Source: a virus (lineage: Duplodnaviria; Caudoviricetes). Taken from it: a stretch of DNA of 64,000 nucleotides. The stretch spans positions 192,001 through 256,000 of the IMG/VR virus record IMGVR_UViG_3300031555_004728. One strand, given 5' to 3'. The translations under genes were made by a program, and so were the position numbers. The notes beneath the pieces are model-generated. The model searched no databases. It was not told the DNA's origin and was given only the letters and a program-made list of their open reading frames with translations. This document shows, piece by piece, positions 28,368-36,708 of the stretch; position 1 is the first letter of the stretch; each line of letters begins with the position of its first letter.

Positions 28368-28437
28368 TTAAGTAAGATTTCTGTAATCTTCGATAATTCT
28401 CTAAAGATAGAGAAATTTAACTTAACAAAATTGGTTC
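28356..28437 (-). repeat. 82-bp palindromic cassette-leader repeat, copy 6
   Basis: Reverse-strand copy. Confidence 0.95.
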
Positions 28438-28526
28438 ACACCCCTTTTTTCTTATAATTAATTTAGTATTAAATTATCAATTTAACAAATTTGTAATGTT
28501 TAACTTATATAAGGAGGTAAAAAATA

Positions 28527-28841
28527 ATGATTAAGAAATTATTTATTTCACAACCTATGAGGGGTAAAAGTGAAGAATATATTAAACATGAAAGAGAAGC
28601 AATGATAGCTAAAGCTATAGAAGAAGCAAAGAAAAAATATGGAGAAAACACAAGAGTTGCAATTATTGATTCATATTTTGAAGATTATGATGGAAATGCT
28701 GTAGGATTTTTATCAAAATCAATTGGTAAATTAGCAGAAGCTGATATAGCAGCATTTTCTCCTGATTGGGCATCTGCAAGAGGATGTAAAATTGAACATA
28801 CTATTTGTGAAGAGTATGAGATTGAAATTATTCTTGATTAG
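28527..28841 (+). CDS. DUF4406 / nucleoside 2-deoxyribosyltransferase-fold protein
   Basis: KLFISQPMRG...WASARGCKIEH. Confidence 0.7.
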   Translation: MIKKLFISQPMRGKSEEYIKHEREAMIAKAIEEAKKKYGENTRVAIIDSYFEDYDGNAVGFLSKSIGKLAEADIAAFSPDWASARGCKIEHTICEEYEIEIILD

Positions 28842-28851
28842 GTGATAGAGT

Positions 28852-29097
28852 ATGACTAATGAACCTATGACTATTTTTGAATATTTGGAATTTTGTGCTA
28901 AAAGAAAATTACGCACATATGAAAAGAAACTCATTGAAATGATGACGGCTGATGATGCTAGAACTACATCAATTGTAATTCCTCTTTCACATAATTCCGT
29001 AAATATGAATAAAACTAAATATGGATTAAAAGCATCAAATGTAGTTATTGATGATTTCAATCTTATTAATCAGGAGGTAGTAAATAATCATGAGTAA
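28852..29097 (+). CDS. hypothetical protein
   Basis: ORF in operon. Confidence 0.55.
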   Translation: MTNEPMTIFEYLEFCAKRKLRTYEKKLIEMMTADDARTTSIVIPLSHNSVNMNKTKYGLKASNVVIDDFNLINQEVVNNHE

Positions 29098-30079
29098 AAA
29101 TTTTGATGATGATTCTTATGTGCCTTCTAGATATAGAGCTAAAGAAGCATTAGAGGATCTAGATGCATTAGAAGAGTTATTTATTCTTCCTTCAGATATA
29201 GCTAAAAGAGAAGAATCAAAAAAAGAAAGTAAGAAAAAAGAAACTGTTAGTGAACCTGATGATTTACTTGATACTGATTGGATGGATACTCTAAGTACTC
29301 TTAGAACTGAAAAGAAAAGATTCAAAAATGTAGAAGACTTATTTGGTGAAGGTGGAAAGAAAAAGAAGAAAAAGAAAAAGAAAAACGCTGATGGACCAAA
29401 AGACCATTCTGAAGATTTTGAAAATGAACTCAGATTACTTAGAAATATCTTAAAAGAACAAACAGGATTGTCAGATTCACTTCAGGAAAGATATGATACA
29501 TTAAACAGACAAAAATCATCAGCAAGAGGTGTTGGTAAATTTACAACAGATTTAATTGCTACATTAAATCATGCCCGTACATTAGAAAAAGACATAGTCA
29601 AAGAAATTACGGGTATAAAGAAGACTATTGCTGATTTAAATATGAAGGAACGTGAAAAATTCGGAAAACTTGAAAATATGAGTGATGAAGATATGAATCA
29701 ATTCGCTTCTACATATTTAAAGAAAATTATGGGTGCTAACCAAGACATTAATGGTGGATTTGGTGAATCAATAATTGATGATGTTATTGATGCAGATGAC
29801 TTTTATGGTGAATTAGATTTGAATATGAGAGAATCTGATGGATATGCATCTAGAAGTGAGGATGCTGACAAGTATCTCAAATATGAAAAACAACAAATTA
29901 CAGTAAAAATACTTTATGACCAAAGTGATGAAAGTATGCAATTCTTTGCAGAGAATGAAAATGGTGAAATAGTTGATGATTATCCATTACCTGGAACTAT
30001 TGATTCGGTTAGAATTAATCATTCAACTAAAATTGGTACAGATAGATTTGGTCAGAAGTTCCAAGTTATTTATCAATAA
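29090..30079 (+). CDS. hypothetical protein with poly-Lys tract and coiled coil
   Basis: AGGAGG RBS; GGKKKKKKKKK. Confidence 0.75.
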   Translation: MSKNFDDDSYVPSRYRAKEALEDLDALEELFILPSDIAKREESKKESKKKETVSEPDDLLDTDWMDTLSTLRTEKKRFKNVEDLFGEGGKKKKKKKKKNADGPKDHSEDFENELRLLRNILKEQTGLSDSLQERYDTLNRQKSSARGVGKFTTDLIATLNHARTLEKDIVKEITGIKKTIADLNMKEREKFGKLENMSDEDMNQFASTYLKKIMGANQDINGGFGESIIDDVIDADDFYGELDLNMRESDGYASRSEDADKYLKYEKQQITVKILYDQSDESMQFFAENENGEIVDDYPLPGTIDSVRINHSTKIGTDRFGQKFQVIYQ

Positions 30080-30290
30080 TAACAAAAAAGAAAGGAGTAG
30101 TTTTTACTACTCCTTTCTTTTATAAGGAAATCTTCTAGTTGAAATTCTATAATTGGTTCGTAATAATACCCAATATCAAATAATATAATTAAATCTCCTT
30201 TATTATAAATATTTTATTACATGAAAATAATATATCTATAAAAAAATTCGATAAAAACAGAGGAAGTAGATTTTCTACTTCCTCATTTAT

Positions 30291-30947
30291 TTAGTTAAAT
30301 AAACCATTTACTGTAATACTAAAATCACCAGTAATATATGATAATCCAGTCAAATCTGCTGTATCCATTCCATCATAATGATATACATGGATAAACAAGT
30401 TTCCATTAGAGCATTCAGTAACTACATTATGGATAGTTGAATTTTTCATAAATGTTGAATCATTACCTTCCGTCACATTAATTGAAGAATTATATGTATC
30501 CATAGTTTTCTTACCAGAAAAGTTTGATGGTAATGGAATTACAAATGTATATTTATGAATAGCAGATGTACTTCCATATTGAATCTCTTCTTCTACTTTA
30601 TTTCCATCTTCATCAATCTTTGTAATAATGAAACTTCCAGTAGCATCTCCACCTTCTTCTACAATATCTGGTGTTACAGCAATACTAGGTCTAACTCTTG
30701 TACTTAATTGGAATTTAGTTTCTCCATAAGTTAAGCAAGACCATCTATAAATGCTTCCTTCATGAGTAACATCTTCTGTATCATGTTTAATAAGCATTGT
30801 AGTTTGTATATCTTTTTCCCACTTTTCAAGAAGAGAGTCTCCATCAGGAAAGAAAACACATCTTGCTAATGTGTTTAATATTAATGGTTTTAAACTCTCA
30901 GTATGTTTATCTCTATATAGGAAAAAGGCTTTTTTTAAGTTTTTCAT
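30291..30947 (-). CDS. hypothetical protein (possibly structural)
   Basis: AGGAGG RBS. Confidence 0.7.
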   Translation of the reverse strand: MKNLKKAFFLYRDKHTESLKPLILNTLARCVFFPDGDSLLEKWEKDIQTTMLIKHDTEDVTHEGSIYRWSCLTYGETKFQLSTRVRPSIAVTPDIVEEGGDATGSFIITKIDEDGNKVEEEIQYGSTSAIHKYTFVIPLPSNFSGKKTMDTYNSSINVTEGNDSTFMKNSTIHNVVTECSNGNLFIHVYHYDGMDTADLTGLSYITGDFSITVNGLFN

Positions 30948-30958
30948 CTTTTACCCTC

Positions 30959-31990
30959 CTATACTAATTTCATAAGTTCAACCCAAAACTTTCTAATATC
31001 CTTAGTATTTTTAACGATATCAGATAATGTATTTTGACTTAATAAGAATCCACCTACCAATGTATTATCAATTGCAAAAATAACGTATGGTAAATAATCA
31101 ATACAAAGTACTGATGAACCTCCATATGTATTTAAAAATCTTTCTACAAAATAACGAACTGTTAAAGTTTTCATTCTTGGTGATAAGTCTTTTAAGAAAT
31201 TGAATAGATCTTCAATTGTTTTAGGTTTGGCTAAATCATACTCATCAAGAACCTGTTCAATATTCTGAACTTTTCTTTCTGTAGTAATCTGAAGGGCTGT
31301 GTTATTGATAATATCGTCATTTTCTAATTCCCATACATTTTCTAAGAAAAACTTAGATACTAAAAATGCAATCTTATCATGTAATGTAGTATCAAGTGAA
31401 AGAGCATAGTCTCTATTTAATACTCTCATAAACATATTCACATATACTTCATTAGCAATTTTCATAATAGTAGTACTTCTTGATAAAACTTGATGTCTTG
31501 AATGGAAATGCCATGCTAAGAATGCTGATTCTAAAAGAATATATAAATTCTTCATAGGTATATCAAGTCTTAATTCATCGGCAACCAATTTACCAAAAGA
31601 ACTCACAAAAATACTAACTACTGGACCACTAGAACTTTTGTGAATTACAAATGGTACAGACTTTGTCATTTTCTGAGTTGTTGATTTCCAATATACTAAA
31701 CGAATTACACCATCATTAAATGCTTCTAATACTTTAGGTGCAAGAGGTGAAATACGAGTTTTATCTATTTGAATAAGTTGCTCTTCAATAAAGCTTTTAT
31801 CTAAAACGATTCCTTCTTTTAATGCTTTTAAAATTCTACTCTGGATTTCCCCAGAAGCATTAAAAAGCCCATAAATAAAAGAATCTGACATTGATGATTC
31901 CATAAATATTTCATCATTAACTACATTATTCATTCTTTTATTCCGCCTTTCTATTTGTATTAAGTATATTGTTTTCTGGGTACTTTTCAT
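30959..31990 (-). CDS. hypothetical protein (possibly virion protein); true start probably ~31933
   Basis: Long ORF; RBS before MNNVVN. Confidence 0.7.
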   Translation of the reverse strand: MKSTQKTIYLIQIERRNKRMNNVVNDEIFMESSMSDSFIYGLFNASGEIQSRILKALKEGIVLDKSFIEEQLIQIDKTRISPLAPKVLEAFNDGVIRLVYWKSTTQKMTKSVPFVIHKSSSGPVVSIFVSSFGKLVADELRLDIPMKNLYILLESAFLAWHFHSRHQVLSRSTTIMKIANEVYVNMFMRVLNRDYALSLDTTLHDKIAFLVSKFFLENVWELENDDIINNTALQITTERKVQNIEQVLDEYDLAKPKTIEDLFNFLKDLSPRMKTLTVRYFVERFLNTYGGSSVLCIDYLPYVIFAIDNTLVGGFLLSQNTLSDIVKNTKDIRKFWVELMKLV

Positions 31991-32022
31991 GCAAAAAAAT
32001 AATAACTACCCACAGGTAGTTA

Positions 32023-32487
32023 TTATTTCATAGTTAAATATGCTAATACCATTCTAACATGTTTGTCAGTTGGAATCATAGCATCTACATATGTACGTAA
32101 CTTTGTATATGATGAGTTACCAAAACTTTTTGTGATATTATAAAGAGTATCAAATGCACCACATAATTCTTGTAAACCTGTTATACTTTCTGGCATTGTA
32201 ATTTCTGACCATGATGTATCATTGTCATCAATACAACGTAATATAATTAATATAGCCTTTGCAATTTTATTTATTTCTTCAGTTGACTTATTCATTCTAA
32301 GTATTTTCTGAAGTGATTGAAATAAAATAGTAACTACTTTATCACATATTTTATTTGACTCTTTTATATCTGACAAAAATTTATTTAAGTCATCATCTCT
32401 TATTGCTTCATATGTACTCTCCATATTAGGTTGTGTTAAAACATACAAAGCAGTTACATACTCTCTTCTTTTTGAATATAGATCCAT
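32023..32487 (-). CDS. hypothetical protein
   Basis: AGGAGG RBS. Confidence 0.7.
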   Translation of the reverse strand: MDLYSKRREYVTALYVLTQPNMESTYEAIRDDDLNKFLSDIKESNKICDKVVTILFQSLQKILRMNKSTEEINKIAKAILIILRCIDDNDTSWSEITMPESITGLQELCGAFDTLYNITKSFGNSSYTKLRTYVDAMIPTDKHVRMVLAYLTMK

Positions 32488-32597
32488 AATTCATACCTCC
32501 TTTATATTCAATTTAATAGTATACTATTTTAAATTTAGTATTTTCGTTTAAAAGTATACAAGACGTTTATAAACGTCTTGTATACCACATAGACAAT

Positions 32598-33110
32598 TTA
32601 ATATTTTGCCTGAACTGTTCCTGCATCTTCAATAGTTGATTCTTCATCTCCTGAAGTTTTCTCTTGAGTAGGGATTACTTCTTCTGGAATAACTTCATCA
32701 GACTCAACTGGACGACATACTCCATTATTTTCTGTTGTATCACCATCCATAGGACATGAACCTGCATCTACAATATTGGAATCTGATACTTCAACTGGAC
32801 ATGGACCAGCAGGTCCAACTTCCTTCAAGTCTTCTGCTTCTGCATCATACATTACTCCACCTTCTCCCATATATCTAGGAGCATTTTCTGGTGATTGAAT
32901 AGGTTCGCCTACCACAGATCCATGTGTTTCTTGATTATCAGATGCAATTTCTGCTTGTTGAATGCTTCCTTTGTGTTTAATAATATCGAATGCATTTACA
33001 ACATTTCTCATTGATTCGATACCTGTAATAGGTGTCTCTTCATTTAAGATTTTTAATACGGTATTGATATCTTCACTATCATATACCACTACTGTCTTCA
33101 TTTCAGCCAT
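32598..33110 (-). CDS. acidic hypothetical protein
   Basis: AGGAGG RBS. Confidence 0.7.
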   Translation of the reverse strand: MAEMKTVVVYDSEDINTVLKILNEETPITGIESMRNVVNAFDIIKHKGSIQQAEIASDNQETHGSVVGEPIQSPENAPRYMGEGGVMYDAEAEDLKEVGPAGPCPVEVSDSNIVDAGSCPMDGDTTENNGVCRPVESDEVIPEEVIPTQEKTSGDEESTIEDAGTVQAKY

Positions 33111-33193
33111 TATAACTGCCTCCTTAAATTTATTTATTTGATTATATAAATTGTCAAATAGTGTATAAAAAAGAAGAGAGGTTACTCTCTTCT

Positions 33194-34216
33194 TTAATAA
33201 ATCATTTTTGAAATAATCTTTTCAATTGGTTTGCTGTTTGAATAGAATGCTAAATAACTTAATGCTCTACATCCCTCAACTAATTTTGAATTGTAATTGA
33301 TATCTCCAAACTTATAATAAATCTTTGGTAACGATGTTAAATACCAACGATATACATCTGGATAATCAATATATTCAAGTTCCTTAGATTCATATTTTTC
33401 TCTTTTATCAATAATACACTGACCGAGAATTTCAACTAATCCTTTTATTGTAGTTGAATCTTTGATTGTAACTTCTTCTGGAACCAGTAATGTGGTATTT
33501 ACATTTGGAGAACCTGTTACAAGTACATATGCTAATAAGCATACATTTTGAAGAATAATATCATCTGATGGTCTTTCTCCATCTAAAAATCCAGGTGTTA
33601 ACATATCTTCAAGTCTGAGTACTTGTTTTGATACAGTTTCCAAAACTTCTTTAGCATTCTTACTGTAGAATGAATCTGCCATTCCAATGAGTTCTGAAAT
33701 TTTAAATAATTCATCTCTGTAAGATACGTTATTTGAAGCAAAATATGATATAAAATTTCCAATACAATCTCTGATTTGATAAATAAGATTTATTGCCTCT
33801 TTGTGGTTCTTCTTTTTACCACGATACTTTAATTCTTTTGCGATGATATGTTCGAAATTATTATCGATATTCAAAAGCATGTTTATAATAAACCGTGCTT
33901 TATAAATATTTGATTTAACCGGAACTGTATCGAGTTTTCCATTCCATAAAATACTTGTAATATAACTTTCAAGAATAAGATCTGCTGGTGAGGTTCTTAC
34001 TCCAGTTTTTATATACGAAGCATCCAATAACGACATATTATTCAGTACTCTAACTGCAAGACCAACATCATAATGAAATGAATCAACTACTCTACTATAT
34101 TCGAGACTAAGTTCAATATCACTTTTTATAATTTCATGTCTTTTAAGAAGTCTTTCTTTTATATTTAAGATAATCTTAGATGCGTACTCTAATTTATCTC
34201 GTCCTAAATCTTTCAT
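33194..34216 (-). CDS. hypothetical protein
   Basis: AGGAGG RBS; TATATTAT motif upstream. Confidence 0.75.
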   Translation of the reverse strand: MKDLGRDKLEYASKIILNIKERLLKRHEIIKSDIELSLEYSRVVDSFHYDVGLAVRVLNNMSLLDASYIKTGVRTSPADLILESYITSILWNGKLDTVPVKSNIYKARFIINMLLNIDNNFEHIIAKELKYRGKKKNHKEAINLIYQIRDCIGNFISYFASNNVSYRDELFKISELIGMADSFYSKNAKEVLETVSKQVLRLEDMLTPGFLDGERPSDDIILQNVCLLAYVLVTGSPNVNTTLLVPEEVTIKDSTTIKGLVEILGQCIIDKREKYESKELEYIDYPDVYRWYLTSLPKIYYKFGDINYNSKLVEGCRALSYLAFYSNSKPIEKIISKMIY

Positions 34217-34267
34217 TATATTATACCTCCTATATTTTCATTATTATAATATACTTCTTTAAATAAT

Positions 34268-34846
34268 TTACCAATGATCATAATATCTATACTCATCTAT
34301 ACTTAATATAGTTCTTTGTAAATCATAATCATCAATAAATTCAATATCACCTACTGAATTTAAAGTTTCTAGATTATAATATACAGCATTTTGAAATTCT
34401 ATAGTTTCATATAAATCCCTAGAAACCATCCATTTGAAATAGTCTTTATCTTTAAGATGTCCTGGTACTACAAATTTATCTCTTAATGATTCAGTATCAC
34501 CTATTAATATTTTATATGAATCACTAAAATGTAAAAATAAATAAAATGATTCACAGTGAGTAGTTCCGAAAAATTTCTTATGATTATATACCATATAATC
34601 ATGATAATTCATATAAAAATATTTTCTTACAAAAGCTTCTTCTGGATTATGTTTAAGATCAACAACTTCAAAATTTATTAATTTAAAATCATCCATATTT
34701 GCCCTAAACCTATTTGTCAATACAGAATCTGTACATAATCCTATTGTATCATTTGTTTGATTTTTATATGAATCTATTTCATGTATTGAACAGAACTTAG
34801 TTGATATATCATCAGTTGGATTTGTATATGTTAATTGATATAGCAT
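34268..34846 (-). CDS. hypothetical protein
   Basis: Overlaps the stop of the upstream ORF. Confidence 0.7.
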   Translation of the reverse strand: MLYQLTYTNPTDDISTKFCSIHEIDSYKNQTNDTIGLCTDSVLTNRFRANMDDFKLINFEVVDLKHNPEEAFVRKYFYMNYHDYMVYNHKKFFGTTHCESFYLFLHFSDSYKILIGDTESLRDKFVVPGHLKDKDYFKWMVSRDLYETIEFQNAVYYNLETLNSVGDIEFIDDYDLQRTILSIDEYRYYDHW

Positions 34847-35418
34847 TAAATATAACCCTCCATTTCATCAATCAAAATTTTTGCAAGGACGTTAACTTCT
34901 TTATTTATTAACTTACATGAATTTAGAGCATTATGTCTTTTTTGGTAATAATAACTACTTTCAAATGCTATTTGCTTACTAAGTGTATCAAATTTTAATT
35001 TAGTATTATCACCCATTATTTTAATAAATACCATAGTAGAAGCGTTTATAATAAAATCACGACCTTCTAAAATAGCTCTAGCAGCTTTATGATTTCTAAA
35101 CATATTAGAAGCTTTTTCATATTCTTCATCATCATTAGAATCCATAGTTGAAAGGATTGATTGTAGAACAAAATAAAACTTTGTTCTTGCACTAGCCTCT
35201 GGGACATTACATTTTAAATAAAGTTTTTCAATTCCAACTTCTTCAAATTCTGATCTGTATGATAATATCATGTCTTGATCAGATTTATAATAAAAATCTA
35301 TATATTCATCTTTAATATTTTTAATATAATCAATACTAGGTGTTTTATTTGTATAATTTATATCTAAAATATCCATATCAAACTGATCTATCATTTCAAA
35401 ATTTATTTTATCAATCAT
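34846..35418 (-). CDS. hypothetical protein
   Basis: AAGGAG RBS; TATATTAT motif upstream. Confidence 0.7.
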   Translation of the reverse strand: MIDKINFEMIDQFDMDILDINYTNKTPSIDYIKNIKDEYIDFYYKSDQDMILSYRSEFEEVGIEKLYLKCNVPEASARTKFYFVLQSILSTMDSNDDEEYEKASNMFRNHKAARAILEGRDFIINASTMVFIKIMGDNTKLKFDTLSKQIAFESSYYYQKRHNALNSCKLINKEVNVLAKILIDEMEGYI

Positions 35419-35500
35419 AAGAAATCTCCTTTTATCATTTATATAAAAATAATATATTTTTATAAAATATAATAATTTATTACACCTATAACATAAAATT

Positions 35501-35850
35501 AATGCAGAAGATAGGTACCAAAAATTGTAGTATCCTCGGAAGTGTTATGATAGCGGTTTACCGTTTATAACCGGATACGATTTTCTTGCATTCTTTGTAT
35601 TGTGGTGCCACCCGATAAAAGCTTAGGTGGTGAGATCCGGACGTGAAAATCAATGGCTTAGTAAAATTGAGAGAATAAAATTTGGAGAACATAAAACCAT
35701 ATATTCGTTATGTAACTCTGCGTGAGTGAAGAATAGTGGTAATCTTCATACCTAGCCCGGGGTAAATTAGGGTTTGAATGCTTATAGCCAATAATTCCGG
35801 ATAAGTAATTATGAACAAGGATGAGATTAAGTTCTCATCCTTGTTCTTTT
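35501..35850 (+). ncRNA. candidate structured non-coding RNA of unknown family
   Basis: GC-enriched, no ORF in the track, multiple nested stems, late-type promoter with predicted +1 at 35501, terminator at 35813-35850. Confidence 0.6.
35813..35850 (+). terminator. intrinsic terminator
   Basis: GAACAAGGATGAGA / TCTCATCCTTGTTC followed by TTTT. Confidence 0.8.
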
Positions 35851-35914
35851 CATTTTTTTAACCGAAAAACAGTTTACTAAGCTCAGATTATTAATAAAGA
35901 AGGGAGGTTACTAA

Positions 35915-36640
35915 GTGTCTAAATATTTTAGAAAAGATAATGAATTCATCTATTTAACAGATGATTACATGGAATTTTATATTCCCCTTGATTTTTTTGA
36001 TCAGAGCAAAAGATTCGCAGTAGATTTTTCTTCATATATTGAAACTTTAGGATTATTTTATGTTGGAATTTTCGAAAAAGGATCATTTAAAGAATTTAAA
36101 GTGATGAAGCAACCATATACTATTACAGTTTATGTGTATGATTCAGAGAATAGAACTGTACAACTCCCTGATGGGGAAACTGTATGTAAAGTTCTTAAAT
36201 ACAACAAAAATGCTGCACTTATGAATTCAAAAATTATTCAAGATGCACAATCATCACTTGAATATCTTGATTTAGTAATGGGTGGAAAAGTACCATCAAG
36301 TGTGCCATATAATATGGCTGCTATATTGTGTCAGAAAAATAAAATGGTTAATAAGGTTAATTTTGGTGTAAGACCAGAAGTTGAAGAAATGGTTATAGCA
36401 TTAAATTACCGTAATCCTAATGATTTGTCTGAACCTTTTGCAATCACATATGGTGGAAATTTAGCTGTTTCACCACATGCGTATACTACTGTAGGAACTC
36501 GACAAATTTGTCAATATGCATCAACGTTCTCTTCATTAACATTTGAAGATATGGATGCTATGCTAACTACATCTATTAATCGTTCTCGTAAAAAAGGAAA
36601 AGAGAAGTTTTCTCCTATAGAGGATGTAATAAAGATGTAA
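35915..36640 (+). CDS. probable RNA polymerase beta'-like C-terminal fragment
   Basis: EVEEMVIALNYR and STFSSLTFEDMDAMLTTSI resemble beta' KHIEVIVRQM and SAASFQETTRVLTEAA. Confidence 0.5.
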   Translation: MSKYFRKDNEFIYLTDDYMEFYIPLDFFDQSKRFAVDFSSYIETLGLFYVGIFEKGSFKEFKVMKQPYTITVYVYDSENRTVQLPDGETVCKVLKYNKNAALMNSKIIQDAQSSLEYLDLVMGGKVPSSVPYNMAAILCQKNKMVNKVNFGVRPEVEEMVIALNYRNPNDLSEPFAITYGGNLAVSPHAYTTVGTRQICQYASTFSSLTFEDMDAMLTTSINRSRKKGKEKFSPIEDVIKM

Positions 36641-36708
36641 TAATGTTATTTCCTACCCTTTATTAACCAAAACAAATATATAAAAATTTAAAAGGAGGGC
36701 TATTTTTT

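Noticed and set aside
1347-28437. 82-bp repeats as a CRISPR array
   Set aside because: Too long, dispersed on both strands, followed by 300-650 bp coding cassettes rather than short spacers, and no cas genes in the window.
35501-35850. tRNA, tmRNA or RNase P identity for the structured region
   Set aside because: No cloverleaf or T-loop, no tmRNA acceptor ends or tag ORF, and no RNase P P4 consensus recognised.
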